A stretch of DNA of 64,000 nucleotides from an uncultured virus (IMG/VR IMGVR_UViG_3300019373_000295) (IMGVR_UViG_3300019373_000295); one strand, 5' to 3'; numbered from the stretch's first letter, positions 28,063-37,038 are shown. Translations and numbers: made by a program. The notes: generated by a model not told the origin, from the letters alone.

Positions 28063-29703
28063 CTACAGAACAATCAGGTCATGATCGGGTTCGTCATAGA
28101 CACTGCCCTGCATTTCATGGCGGATCACTCTGTCTAGTGCCATGATCCATGCGACAATGCCGTCGATTTTTTCAGTACTTTTCTTTTTGCTCGGTTTGAT
28201 ATTCTCCGCCGCATCAATTTCGGCAACCACATTTCCTGCCATCCATCTGAGAACGGGATTGCCGCCGTGAACGAACATACCTTCGAGTATGAGCTTGTAC
28301 AGCTCCTTCATCGGCGGTGACATATCCTTGAAGCCCATGCCCATCGGCACAACGGTAAATCCGTCGCCCTCAAGGTCTGTGATCAGCTGTGTAGCATTCC
28401 AGCGGTCGGCTGCGATCTCCTTGATGTTATACATGGTGTGCAGCTCATTGATCGTTTTCCGCACAAAGTTATAGTCCACCACATTGCCCTCGGTGATATG
28501 AAAAAGCCCCATGTGCTCCCAGACATCGTAGGGAACATGGTCTCGCCGGACACGCAGGTCGAGTGTTTCTCTCGGCAGCCAGAAATGCGGGACAACGATG
28601 TATTTACCGCCCTCTGTCAGCGGAGGGAACACCAGAACAAAAGCGGTGATATCCGATGTGCTGGAAAGGTCCAGTCCCGCATAGCACTCCCGTCCTCGTA
28701 GCTTTTCAAGGTCAATCGGTAGATTGCCCCTGTCGTAGATATGCTCCGGGATCCATGCGACCGCACTGCCGACCCACTGGTCGAGTCTAAGCTGACGGAA
28801 TACATTTTCTTCAGCAGGATTTGTCAGCGCCTCACGGTGCGCATCCCGGACGCGGTCAATGGTGATCGTATGCCCGAGAGACGGATTTGCCTTGTACCAT
28901 GATTCCTCGGCGTTCCAGTCATCGTCATCATTCAGTCCGTAGATCACGGGATAGAAGGAAGGATCGATGCGACGTCCATCGAGGATATCTTTTGCTTTCG
29001 TGTGATATTCGTAGCAGATGCTGTTGCGGTCGGTGCCGGCGGTTGTAATAAGGAAGTACAGCGGCTGCGTTCTCGCATCACCCGAGCCCTTTGTGAGAAC
29101 ATCCACAAGACTTCGGTTCGGCTGCGCGTGCAGCTCGTCAAGCACCAGACCGGATACATTCAGACCGTGCTTTGTGCCGACTTCCGCCGAAAGAACCTGA
29201 TAGAACCCCACATTGCTATAGTTCACCAGACGTTTTGTCGCCGCCATGATCTTGGAGCGTTTCAGGAGCGCCGGTGTCATTTCCACCATACGCTTTGCAA
29301 CGTCAAAAACGATAGAAGCCTGCTGTCGGTCAGCCGCTGCGCCGTAGACTTCGGCGGACGGCTCGTTATCGGCGTAAAGCAGATACAGTGCAATTGCCGC
29401 CGCAAGCTCCGATTTTCCGTTTTTCTTCGGAATCTCAACATAGGCTGTACGGAACTGCCGGGTGTCGTCTTCTTTTACAACACCGAAAATATCTCGGATG
29501 ATCTGCTCCTGCCACGGCAGCAGCCAGAACGGTTTGCCTGCCCATCGGCCTTTGGTGTGGCAGAGGTTTTCGATAAAACGAACAGCCCTGTCCGCTTTTG
29601 CCTCATCATAATGGGAATCCGGCAGCATGAAGCGTGTGGGCTGATAGTCGGTGAGTTTCGGATAGTTCGCAGGTCTTTCTCTTGCTTTTGCTGTTCTTGC
29701 CAT
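28063..29703 (-). CDS. terL: Terminase large subunit
   Basis: IPKKNGKSEL Walker A, LDELH Walker B, GLDLS, KIDG. Confidence 0.96.
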   Translation of the reverse strand: MARTAKARERPANYPKLTDYQPTRFMLPDSHYDEAKADRAVRFIENLCHTKGRWAGKPFWLLPWQEQIIRDIFGVVKEDDTRQFRTAYVEIPKKNGKSELAAAIALYLLYADNEPSAEVYGAAADRQQASIVFDVAKRMVEMTPALLKRSKIMAATKRLVNYSNVGFYQVLSAEVGTKHGLNVSGLVLDELHAQPNRSLVDVLTKGSGDARTQPLYFLITTAGTDRNSICYEYHTKAKDILDGRRIDPSFYPVIYGLNDDDDWNAEESWYKANPSLGHTITIDRVRDAHREALTNPAEENVFRQLRLDQWVGSAVAWIPEHIYDRGNLPIDLEKLRGRECYAGLDLSSTSDITAFVLVFPPLTEGGKYIVVPHFWLPRETLDLRVRRDHVPYDVWEHMGLFHITEGNVVDYNFVRKTINELHTMYNIKEIAADRWNATQLITDLEGDGFTVVPMGMGFKDMSPPMKELYKLILEGMFVHGGNPVLRWMAGNVVAEIDAAENIKPSKKKSTEKIDGIVAWIMALDRVIRHEMQGSVYDEPDHDLIVL

Positions 29704-30176
29704 CAGCCACCTCCGAGAAGTTCATCCATATCGTCAACAGCGGCGTTTTTCATATCCGCACCTGCCGTGATTCTGCTTCTTGCCGCCGGAGTCAGACCGA
29801 ACTGCTCTGCGATCTTATTCATAATTTTCAGATAAGTCTGTGCAATGGATACTTGGGGAACTTGCTGCCAGTAGCCGGACTTCGTTTTCACGATAGTGCC
29901 GTGCTGTGTCATAAATTCCTCGGCTTCTTTCCAACGGGCGTATGCCTGACAGTACGATGCGAATGCCGCCTGATCGACCTCGGTCAGCACGCCGATCTGT
30001 TCCAGTTGTTTCGATAGCCTGCGCCATTCCTTTTTCGCTTCGGGCTCCAGCCACTTCGGACAAGGCGGCGCTTTGCGTTCCGGCTTCGGCTCTGCATCAT
30101 TCAGCGGACGCTTGCCCGGATTGCCTTCCAGTTCCTTGATCGCTGTCGGTGTCGGTTTTCTGCCTCTCTGAGCCAT
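29703..30176 (-). CDS. terS: Terminase small subunit (P27 family)
   Basis: GRKPTPT..LEGNPGKRPL..FGLTPAAR. Confidence 0.93.
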   Translation of the reverse strand: MAQRGRKPTPTAIKELEGNPGKRPLNDAEPKPERKAPPCPKWLEPEAKKEWRRLSKQLEQIGVLTEVDQAAFASYCQAYARWKEAEEFMTQHGTIVKTKSGYWQQVPQVSIAQTYLKIMNKIAEQFGLTPAARSRITAGADMKNAAVDDMDELLGGG

Positions 30177-30213
30177 CCGCATCACTCCTTCCTCAAAAAA
30201 TCTGCATAAAGAA

Positions 30214-30236
30214 AAGGCCTGCAAAACTGCAAGCCT
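30214..30236 (-). terminator. Terminator closing the small-gene array before terS
   Basis: AGGCTTGCAG-tttt-GCAGGCCT then TTTCTTT on minus strand. Confidence 0.6.
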
Positions 30237-30260
30237 CTCCTATGTATGAAACCACCATGT

Positions 30261-30524
30261 TTACTTGTTCAACGCATCAAGCATGATCGCCGCACCGTTC
30301 CGAAATCCTTTTGTGTAGCTGTCCTCGGAAGAAATTGCTTCCATCTGGTGGTGAATATCCACCAGTTCCTCCAGGTCTTTCGCCGCATCTTCGGACAACT
30401 GCTTTTTCAACGACTCGAAAAGCTGCTCGGCATGCTTACTCAATGCATCGAACTCAGCGGCATTGACCGTGATTTCGGTCGGTGCGCTGATTTTTCCACG
30501 ATAAATATCGCTGATTGCTCCCAT
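30261..30524 (-). CDS. Hypothetical protein (DUF6809-like)
   Basis: ISDIYRG.I..Y.KGFR.GA.IM; GGAGGTG RBS. Confidence 0.7.
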   Translation of the reverse strand: MGAISDIYRGKISAPTEITVNAAEFDALSKHAEQLFESLKKQLSEDAAKDLEELVDIHHQMEAISSEDSYTKGFRNGAAIMLDALNK

Positions 30525-30594
30525 GTTTTCACCTCCCTTCGCAGCGGAGGAAAGAGCAGAGGGCAGCCCTTTGGCTGCCGTGCCCGTATGCTGC

Positions 30595-30819
30595 TCAGTT
30601 GAACTTTTTCAGGAGCATCTCAAGTACTGCCTTGGTGTCTCTATCTGCCGCCTTGATGTCCATCCCACGGTCGTAGTTGAAAACTGTTCTGCCGCCCCGC
30701 TCGATCCAAATCTTTGAGGCTCTGCCCTCGTTGTATCCGAATTCGCTGGGTTCCTCAAAATGCTTGACTGCGTATCTGTACGCCTTTCCGTTGTAGGTGA
30801 TGGTATCCTGAGTCCACAT
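30595..30819 (-). CDS. Small phage protein
   Basis: KHFEEPSEFG..EGR.SK..NYDRG.D; GGAGG RBS. Confidence 0.75.
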   Translation of the reverse strand: MWTQDTITYNGKAYRYAVKHFEEPSEFGYNEGRASKIWIERGGRTVFNYDRGMDIKAADRDTKAVLEMLLKKFN

Positions 30820-30874
30820 AGTGTTTTCCTCCGCTTTTCTTGTTTTCGGCTCGGTTTCCCTTGCCTTTGTACAC

Positions 30875-30903
30875 ATATTACCATAGATTCCTAGATATAT
30901 CAA
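30875..30903 (-). promoter_or_regulatory. Array promoter P1
   Basis: TTGATA-17bp-TAATAT, extended TG. Confidence 0.8.
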
Positions 30904-30953
30904 GCGGCTATACCAACATAATGTGTGGGGCAATTTTTTTCGATTATTGTACA

Positions 30954-31334
30954 TTACCACCATTCAAAATATACAATTTCATCGGTTTGAAAATCGGTCT
31001 CGATGAGTATCTCTTCGAGCTGTTCAATCGCTTTTTTTAGGGTATCAAAGTAAATATCATTGTACTCAACAGCACCGAAAAAATATCCGCCTCCGGTCGG
31101 CAGTAGCCTATGAGCAAGCATATTGTCTTCCTGCACCGCTCTGCAGTCGGCAAGAAGTTCTTCAAGCTGATCCTTTGTCAATTTGTAGACTGAACAGTTG
31201 GAATCTGCATCGTACCCCGTGTGATCTACAATCCACTTGCGCACTTGATTTGCCTTGCGGAGATATAGTACCTCTGTGTCAGGCAGTTCAGTCTCACCTT
31301 GCAGTCTGCGATACATGTACATATCCAATCCCAT
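30954..31334 (-). CDS. Phage hypothetical protein (MGLDMY family), AT-rich
   Basis: MGLDMY..YLRKANQ..FFG..Y; RBS GGAAGGA. Confidence 0.75.
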   Translation of the reverse strand: MGLDMYMYRRLQGETELPDTEVLYLRKANQVRKWIVDHTGYDADSNCSVYKLTKDQLEELLADCRAVQEDNMLAHRLLPTGGGYFFGAVEYNDIYFDTLKKAIEQLEEILIETDFQTDEIVYFEWW

Positions 31335-31400
31335 TTTTGTTTCTTCCTTCCATAAGCTTTTTCTTAAACGTGATAAATTACGATTTAAAAATGAGTCAGA

Positions 31401-31481
31401 ACGCGCCGTGTGGGCGGTTTTCTGCGTGGGGCAAGTTATCCGCAGAAAAGCCGTTAGCCCCCACACGAGCGAATGTGGTGC
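31401..31481. repeat. Palindromic intergenic element, copy a (outer arm truncated)
   Basis: GTGTGGGC..GCAAGTTATCCGC..CCCCACAC..GCGAATGTGG. Confidence 0.75.
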
Positions 31482-31484
31482 AAA

Positions 31485-31694
31485 TCAGGGCTTGCTGTTC
31501 CTGCCCAGTTCGTATGCACGCTCCAGCATCCGGCTGACCTCCCGCAGGCTGATACCGGGGAAATTATGCTCAGCGTTGGTATCATCGTAGGGATCATCCT
31601 TTTCACCGTAGGGTGTCAGACCACCGGCAAATCGGATGCCGTAGGATTCCTCTATTGCAATCTGCTCCAGAGCTTTTCTCGTTTCGTTATCCAT
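31485..31694 (-). CDS. Small hypothetical protein resembling the C-terminus of 33762-34127
   Basis: AGGAG RBS; MLERAYELGR vs ALKDAYEAGR. Confidence 0.65.
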   Translation of the reverse strand: MDNETRKALEQIAIEESYGIRFAGGLTPYGEKDDPYDDTNAEHNFPGISLREVSRMLERAYELGRNSKP

Positions 31695-31745
31695 GTATGC
31701 GCTCCTTTCGGGATGCCGCCCCTCCGAAGAAGGGCGGCTCTTTTT

Positions 31746-32108
31746 TCAGTCGGCGAAGTTCTCAAGGTAGTCGGTGATCGCTTTTGCAATCTTGTTGTAG
31801 TCCGCTGCTGTGGGGTTGTAATTGTACCATTCGCTCTCCCCGCGGTAAGTCCATGCGTGAATCGTGTCTTTGCCTGCCCAGTGGTCGCTGAAGCGGATGA
31901 CGATCTCGTCGATCTTGCCCTCGTTGCGGTTCAGGATCGTGATTCGAATCGCAGGGTAGTTTTCTGCAACCCCAAGTGTTGTGAAGGCTGCCTTCACCGT
32001 CGTGGTTTCCGTCAGGCGGGCAATGCAGGCTCTGCCGACCAACTTGGGGTTCTTCAGCAGGCTGACCTTTGCGGTCATTTTCTTCAGTTCGGTTTCAAAA
32101 AAGTTCAT
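31746..32108 (-). CDS. Hypothetical protein
   Basis: 120 aa ORF, GGAGG RBS, own promoter and downstream hairpin 31715-31738. Confidence 0.75.
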   Translation of the reverse strand: MNFFETELKKMTAKVSLLKNPKLVGRACIARLTETTTVKAAFTTLGVAENYPAIRITILNRNEGKIDEIVIRFSDHWAGKDTIHAWTYRGESEWYNYNPTAADYNKIAKAITDYLENFAD

Positions 32109-32161
32109 GGTGTTTTCCTCCGTTTTGTGTATTCGGTGCGGTTTCCCGTTCCGTTGTACAC

Positions 32162-32190
32162 ATAGTAACTCTTTTCGCTCGATATATCAA
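32162..32190 (-). promoter_or_regulatory. Array promoter P2
   Basis: TTGATA-17bp-TACTAT. Confidence 0.8.
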
Positions 32191-32258
32191 GATGGTAAAA
32201 CAACAGATCAGAAAAGGCGTATTTTCACAGGAATTGTACATATTATGCCTTGCTCACA

Positions 32259-32352
32259 AACGCGCACAGTTGCGCCGTGTGGGGCTTGCAGCGCCGGGGC
32301 ATCCGTATACGTTTCTCCCTGCATCCCCGCCACAGGGCGGCGCTGTGCCGCC
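32259..32352. repeat. Palindromic intergenic element, copy b
   Basis: ACGCGCACA..GCGCCGTGTGGGGC..CCGCCACAG..CGCTGTGC. Confidence 0.65.
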
Positions 32353-32369
32353 CCGGTGGGGCGACCGGC

Positions 32370-32714
32370 TCATCTGCCGGTCATCCATTCCCATTCGCTT
32401 TCGCAGGCGTCTGCGTACTCTGCCTCGAAAAGGGCGTCGTCATCGATCCATTCGGTTTCGTAGTCGATTTCCTCGATGCCCTCGAAGGTCGTGCCGTTTG
32501 CAGCGGCGTCTTCCTGTGCAAGGCTGTCGGCGTTCTCCTCGACCCATGCTCTGAAGTCCTCTGCGTTAAGGTCGTCTTCGTTCTCGACCTCCAGTTCGTA
32601 GCCTTCCTCCTCGGTGTCGTACCAAAGGATCGTGGCGCTTCTGATTGCCTCGCGTGCGTTCCAGTCATCTCTTCCTGCCATTGCTCTTGCCTTTGCCAAT
32701 CCGTAGCTGATCAT
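32370..32714 (-). CDS. Extremely acidic 114-aa protein
   Basis: About 35 D/E against about 7 K/R by hand count; GGAGG RBS. Confidence 0.8.
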   Translation of the reverse strand: MISYGLAKARAMAGRDDWNAREAIRSATILWYDTEEEGYELEVENEDDLNAEDFRAWVEENADSLAQEDAAANGTTFEGIEEIDYETEWIDDDALFEAEYADACESEWEWMTGR

Positions 32715-32769
32715 TGTTTTTTCCTCCGCTTTTCGTTGTTTCGGTGGGCTTTGCCCTTCCGTTGTGTAC

Positions 32770-32798
32770 ATAGTAACTCTTTTAGCAAAATTTATCAA
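32770..32798 (-). promoter_or_regulatory. Array promoter P3
   Basis: TTGATA-17bp-TACTAT. Confidence 0.8.
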
Positions 32799-32922
32799 GC
32801 GGCTAAATGTACAGAAGAAAAACGGCGAATTTCCGCAGGAATTGTACATATTATGACGGGCAAAAAATGCACCGGAAACTGATACGGAGATGGGGCAGAA
32901 CCGCAGCTCTGCCCCTGTTGCT

Positions 32923-33276
32923 TTACTCTACGATGTGGAGTACCACCATGCCGTTGGGTGTCGGGATGAAGATCTCAGGCTCCCAGAAAAGTGCCTTGTA
33001 CTTTTCAGCCTGTTCATCGGTCAGCCCGGTAAAATCCTCGACCCCGAGTCCGCAGACGAAGAAGGTGCCTTTGATCGGACCGTATTTTTCGACTGTCCTG
33101 TTCCATTGCAGTCCCTCAATGAAAAGGCCCTCCTCGTTGCACACTACTGCGACCTCCTCCTCGAAGGGGTACAGCGCCTGAATGTATCCGCCGACCTCTT
33201 TCTGCAGGTTCTCCAGCGTGTGTTCGATCTCCTTGACGTAGGGGTGCTTGCCGGGTTCGCATACCAGAATTTTCAT
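32923..33276 (-). CDS. DUF3846-like protein
   Basis: EPGK.P...EI..TLENLQKEVGGYIQ..VCNEEG..NR..I.GTFFVCG. Confidence 0.82.
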   Translation of the reverse strand: MKILVCEPGKHPYVKEIEHTLENLQKEVGGYIQALYPFEEEVAVVCNEEGLFIEGLQWNRTVEKYGPIKGTFFVCGLGVEDFTGLTDEQAEKYKALFWEPEIFIPTPNGMVVLHIVE

Positions 33277-33323
33277 GTAGATTCGCTCCTTTGTTTTGAT
33301 TCCGCTTCGCTTGCGGTATGCAC

Positions 33324-33352
33324 ATATTACCGCCTTTTCGAGGAAAAGTCCA
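33324..33352 (-). promoter_or_regulatory. Array promoter P4
   Basis: TGGACT-17bp-TAATAT. Confidence 0.7.
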
Positions 33353-33420
33353 CGCCTTTCCGCAAAATAAATGTGACAAACATGAGCCGATTATTCAGGC
33401 GGAATTGTACATCGCACAGA

Positions 33421-33520
33421 ACGCGCACAAACGCGCTGTGTGGGGCGGTTTTCCGCAGGGGCAAGTTATCCGCTGCCGCCATGAAAAGCCCCACACAAGC
33501 GAACGTGGCTCAGGTGTGCG
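33421..33520. repeat. Palindromic intergenic element, copy c
   Basis: ACGCGCACAAACGCGCTGTGTGGGGC..GCCCCACACA..GAACGTGG..GTGTGCG. Confidence 0.8.
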
Positions 33521-33523
33521 TGA

Positions 33524-33700
33524 TCAGCCGTATTCTTTCAGGTAAGAATTCACCCGGTCGCCGTATCCCATCTCGGTAAGCTCCTGCGGTTCAAAAACCT
33601 CCAGAAGCGTTTCCATCACGTCACGCTCCGTCCATGCTCCGCTCTCGGGCAGATTGGCGATGACTGCCGTCAGCATTTCAAGCTGTGTGTATGTATCCAT
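33524..33700 (-). CDS. Small acidic hypothetical protein
   Basis: 58 aa, GGAGG RBS. Confidence 0.65.
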   Translation of the reverse strand: MDTYTQLEMLTAVIANLPESGAWTERDVMETLLEVFEPQELTEMGYGDRVNSYLKEYG

Positions 33701-33761
33701 GTTTTTCCTCCTGTTCGGCATGCGCCCTTCCGTATTTCAGGAAGGGCAGCGCCGGTTTTTT

Positions 33762-34127
33762 TTACTTGCTCTTGCGTCCTGCCTCGTAGGCGTCCTTGAG
33801 GGCGGCTTCCAGTCCCCAGACCGGAATCTCGATGAAGTCCTCGCTGTCGCAGTGGCGGGCTTCAAGGTCTCCGCGCTCCTGCACTGTGACCATGTGCTTG
33901 GCTGCGATTTCAAAGAGCTTCTTGTCAATGCCCGTCAGCGGATGCTCGGCTCTGAAGATCTCCTGCTCGGTCTTGGCGAGGGCTGCGTTGGTGTTCGCAA
34001 GTGCCTGCGCCCGGCTGATTCCGAAAAGCTCAAGGCAGTCTGCTTCGGTCATTCCCTCAAGGGCTGCCTTGCCGTTCTGCAGCATCTTCAGCTTGTCAAC
34101 TGCGGCTTTCATTTCCTTCTTTGTCAT
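33762..34127 (-). CDS. Hypothetical protein with DUF6900-like C-terminus
   Basis: GDLEARHCDSEDFIEIPVWGLEAALKDAYEAG. Confidence 0.75.
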   Translation of the reverse strand: MTKKEMKAAVDKLKMLQNGKAALEGMTEADCLELFGISRAQALANTNAALAKTEQEIFRAEHPLTGIDKKLFEIAAKHMVTVQERGDLEARHCDSEDFIEIPVWGLEAALKDAYEAGRKSK

Positions 34128-34184
34128 GGTGGTGTACCTCCGTTTTTTGTTTTCGGCGGGCTGTCTGCCCTTCCGTTGTGTCAC

Positions 34185-34213
34185 ATATTACCATGATCTC
34201 TCCCGGAATGCAA
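34185..34213 (-). promoter_or_regulatory. Array promoter P5
   Basis: TTGCAT-17bp-TAATAT, extended TG. Confidence 0.8.
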
Positions 34214-34303
34214 GCGGCTAAATGTACAGAACAAAATCGGCGTATTTTCGCAGGAATTGTTCACATGACACTATGTACGGGAACAGCCCCGAAGGGCTGA
34301 AGA

Positions 34304-34687
34304 TCAGCCCTCGGTCGGCGGGATCCATGCCCCCTTTTTCTCATCGAAAAGGTAGTAGTAAGGGATGCCCCAGTAATCGCTCATCAGGGAAACAATGCTC
34401 TTGTGGGTGACTGCCGGGCTCATCGGCTCTTTGCGGTCTCGGTGGTAGGCTACCGTCACGCCCTCGGCAGGTTTCTCAAAGCTGTGCGGCTCATCGGCAT
34501 CTGGTGCGATGCGTTCGCCGAGGCTGCTGATGTCTCCGAGCGCAAGCAGCGCCCGTACCTTTTCGGCGGTGTCGTAGTGCCCGGTGAGGATCGGCATCTG
34601 ATGCTCGGGGTAGCCGTCCCAGTGGCAGTAGATCGTTTCCGTTGTCTCGTCCTCGTGCAGGATCCCGATTCTTGAATTCGTGCTCAT
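34304..34687 (-). CDS. Phage hypothetical protein (YCHWDGYP family)
   Basis: MSTNSRIG..IYCHWDGYP..AYHRDR.E. Confidence 0.8.
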   Translation of the reverse strand: MSTNSRIGILHEDETTETIYCHWDGYPEHQMPILTGHYDTAEKVRALLALGDISSLGERIAPDADEPHSFEKPAEGVTVAYHRDRKEPMSPAVTHKSIVSLMSDYWGIPYYYLFDEKKGAWIPPTEG

Positions 34688-34742
34688 GTATTTTTCCTCC
34701 GTTTTCGTTATTCGGTCGGCTCTCTGCCTTCCGTTGTGTCAC

Positions 34743-34771
34743 ATATTACCGTCTTATGCAAAATAAATCAA
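34743..34771 (-). promoter_or_regulatory. Array promoter P6
   Basis: TTGATT-17bp-TAATAT. Confidence 0.8.
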
Positions 34772-34871
34772 GCGGCTGAATGTACAGATCATTTCGGGCG
34801 TATCTGCGCGGTTTCTTGTACATAATGCTTCACAGGGAACAGCCCCCGAAGGGGCTGTATCCGATCGCGGT

Positions 34872-35306
34872 TTATCCGAAAAGGTCTGCGCCGAACATCT
34901 CTGCGTTCATTCTGCGCTGTGCCATCAGGAAAGCACCGCCGTAGCTCTTGCAGTGCTTTTCGTAGCCGTCCGCATCCATTTCCCTGAGAAGGTCATCCGG
35001 AAATTCATAAAGCGGGTAGCGGCAGAATCCGCTGTATCCGTAGACCGGCTCTCCGAAGCGTTCGTACTGCTTTGCGCCGATGCTCTGCAGGAATTCCTCC
35101 GCGGTCGGATTGTTGTTGGTGTCGATGAAGGCGCAGTTGCGCGGGATCAGCGTACCGTTCCCGATGCTGCTGCCGATGTTGACCGAAAGCACCACATCGA
35201 ACTCGTCAGCCTCTGCGGTCGCGGTGATCGCCATGACCATCGGGTCGGAAGCGTAATCTGCGATGCGGAAGCGCACCCTGAATCCGTTCATGTTGTAGTC
35301 TGCCAT
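34872..35306 (-). CDS. DUF4313-like protein
   Basis: LSVNI..AFIDTNNNP.AEEFL..SGFCRYPLYEF. Confidence 0.75.
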   Translation of the reverse strand: MADYNMNGFRVRFRIADYASDPMVMAITATAEADEFDVVLSVNIGSSIGNGTLIPRNCAFIDTNNNPTAEEFLQSIGAKQYERFGEPVYGYSGFCRYPLYEFPDDLLREMDADGYEKHCKSYGGAFLMAQRRMNAEMFGADLFG

Positions 35307-35358
35307 TTTCGTATCCTCCAAAAGAATGTAATTCCGAGGTTTTCCCTTCGGTAGCGAC

Positions 35359-35387
35359 ATTATAACTCTGTTTCCGCATAATAGCAA
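35359..35387 (-). promoter_or_regulatory. Array promoter P7
   Basis: TTGCTA-17bp-TATAAT. Confidence 0.8.
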
Positions 35388-35485
35388 CCCGATAAATGTA
35401 CAGATCATATCGGGCTTATCTTCGCGGTTTATTGTACACATAATCATTTCGGAAGGCAGCCCCCGGAGGGGCTGCGCCGGTTCCG

Positions 35486-35980
35486 TCAGACCTTCAGTTC
35501 AGCTTCGGTCATCAGCCTGAAGTTTTTGTCCTGCCAGAAGGAAATGTAAACATCGTAGCGTACATCCCATTCGCTTTCGTAGTATTCGTCTGCTTCCTCA
35601 TCGTATTCCTCACTGGTCTCGGTCTCCGTGTAGCTGTAAACTTCTCTCTGTTCAAAGCCCTCGCCCCAGCCGTCGCTGTACTGTCCGCTGAGGTATTCCT
35701 TCAGCTGTGCGGTGTCTTCGTCTGTCCAGTCATCGTCCACCTCGCAGGTTGCCAGTCCGTAAAGCCGTTTGCCGTACCACTCGGCGCTCATCGTGACCTT
35801 GTGCAGTTTCTTGTAGTAGGTTGCACCGTGGTAGTCGTCGGCGTAATCGGCAAGGTCGGTATCGTCGTTCTCGAGCGCCTCGAACAGCTCTGCGGCGTAC
35901 TCCTCGGCGGGTGCGGTGAAGCAGTTGCTCTCGCTTGCGATCTGGGCGATTAGCGGATTGTAGATCTTCAGGGTTTTCAT
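35486..35980 (-). CDS. Highly acidic Tyr-rich 164-aa protein
   Basis: About 41 D/E by hand count; LKEYLSGQYSDGWGEGFEQ motif. Confidence 0.8.
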   Translation of the reverse strand: MKTLKIYNPLIAQIASESNCFTAPAEEYAAELFEALENDDTDLADYADDYHGATYYKKLHKVTMSAEWYGKRLYGLATCEVDDDWTDEDTAQLKEYLSGQYSDGWGEGFEQREVYSYTETETSEEYDEEADEYYESEWDVRYDVYISFWQDKNFRLMTEAELKV

Positions 35981-36037
35981 GGTGGTTTCCTCCGTGTTCT
36001 GTATTTCGGCGGGCTTTCCGCCCTTCCGTTGTGTCAC

Positions 36038-36066
36038 ATATTACCGCCTTTTGCCTGAAAAGTCCA
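36038..36066 (-). promoter_or_regulatory. Array promoter P8
   Basis: TGGACT-17bp-TAATAT; near-identical to P4. Confidence 0.7.
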
Positions 36067-36144
36067 CGCCTATGTGCAAAATAAAACGTAGAAGAATCGC
36101 CGTTATCAGCGGTATGAACAGGTACATATACACAAGCCGCCGGA

Positions 36145-36233
36145 ACGCGCACAAACGCGCCGTGTCGCGACCGGAATCCGCCCAACAAACAAGCGGCGCA
36201 GAGCCGTAAAGCCCCACACCGCCCGCTGTGCGC
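36145..36233. repeat. Palindromic intergenic element, copy d
   Basis: ACGCGCACAAACGCGCCGTGT..GCCCCACAC..CTGTGCGC. Confidence 0.75.
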
Positions 36234-36236
36234 CCC

Positions 36237-36440
36237 TTATTCGGGAATGTACTTGTCGTGGATGATTCCGAGGATCTTGTCCTGCTCCTCGATGCTGATG
36301 CCCATCGTTTCGAGGGCTTCCCGTGTTCCGCAGTCGGGGCAGATGAGCGTGTTGTTGTCGCTGCGGGAAAGGGCCGGGCGCTCGGTGTAGGTGCGTCCGC
36401 ATTTCGGACATGTGCGTGCTTCGGTTACTCGTTCTTTCAT
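36237..36440 (-). CDS. Small zinc-finger protein
   Basis: CPKCG..PALSR.DN...ICPDCG.REAL. Confidence 0.8.
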   Translation of the reverse strand: MKERVTEARTCPKCGRTYTERPALSRSDNNTLICPDCGTREALETMGISIEEQDKILGIIHDKYIPE

Positions 36441-36490
36441 TTGGATTCCTCCTATGTAGTTGTGGTGTGCCGCCCGAAGGCGGCGGTTGG

Positions 36491-36754
36491 TCATTCATCG
36501 ATTCGCTCTGTGTGGCTGAGGATCTCTTCGGCGCTGCCGGATTCTGCGTATCCGCAGTCCCAGATCGCGAGGAGCATCTCCTCTTCGGTTTCGGGAACCT
36601 TGATGCTGTAGGTAATCTTCCTTGCTCCGATGTCGTTCAGCATCTTGGTGGTGGTTTCGAGGAAGTCGGCGGGGATTTCTCTGGTCGTGCCGTCCTTTGC
36701 AATCAGGCGTACTCCGTGGCGGCGCAGGCTTTCAATATGTTCTTTGCTTGTCAT
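36491..36754 (-). CDS. Hypothetical protein
   Basis: 87 aa, AGGAG RBS, own promoter. Confidence 0.65.
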   Translation of the reverse strand: MTSKEHIESLRRHGVRLIAKDGTTREIPADFLETTTKMLNDIGARKITYSIKVPETEEEMLLAIWDCGYAESGSAEEILSHTERIDE

Positions 36755-36794
36755 GTTCAGGACTCCTTTGCGATGTTTTCCTTTCGGTAGTGAC

Positions 36795-36823
36795 ATATTA
36801 ACTCTTTACTCGAAAAATAGCAA
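36795..36823 (-). promoter_or_regulatory. Array promoter P9
   Basis: TTGCTA-17bp-TAATAT. Confidence 0.8.
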
Positions 36824-36884
36824 CCCGGTAAATGTACAGATCATTCAGGGCGATTCTGCACGGTTTGTTGTTCATTTTATGCTT

Positions 36885-36998
36885 TGCACACGTTTGCGCC
36901 GTGTCGCGTTGTGTGGCGCGGTTGACTGAGGTGGGATACCGAATCGGAGGATACCCCTTCCGCCCCACACGGGGCAACGTGGGCGCTGTGTGTGCGCC
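36885..36998. repeat. Palindromic intergenic element, copy e
   Basis: GCACAC..TGTGTGGCGCGG..CCGCCCCACACG..CAACGTGG..GTGTGC. Confidence 0.7.
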
Positions 36999-37038
36999 CG
37001 TGCCGTTCCGCTTGTTCCTGCGCCCCGAAGGGCAGGCC

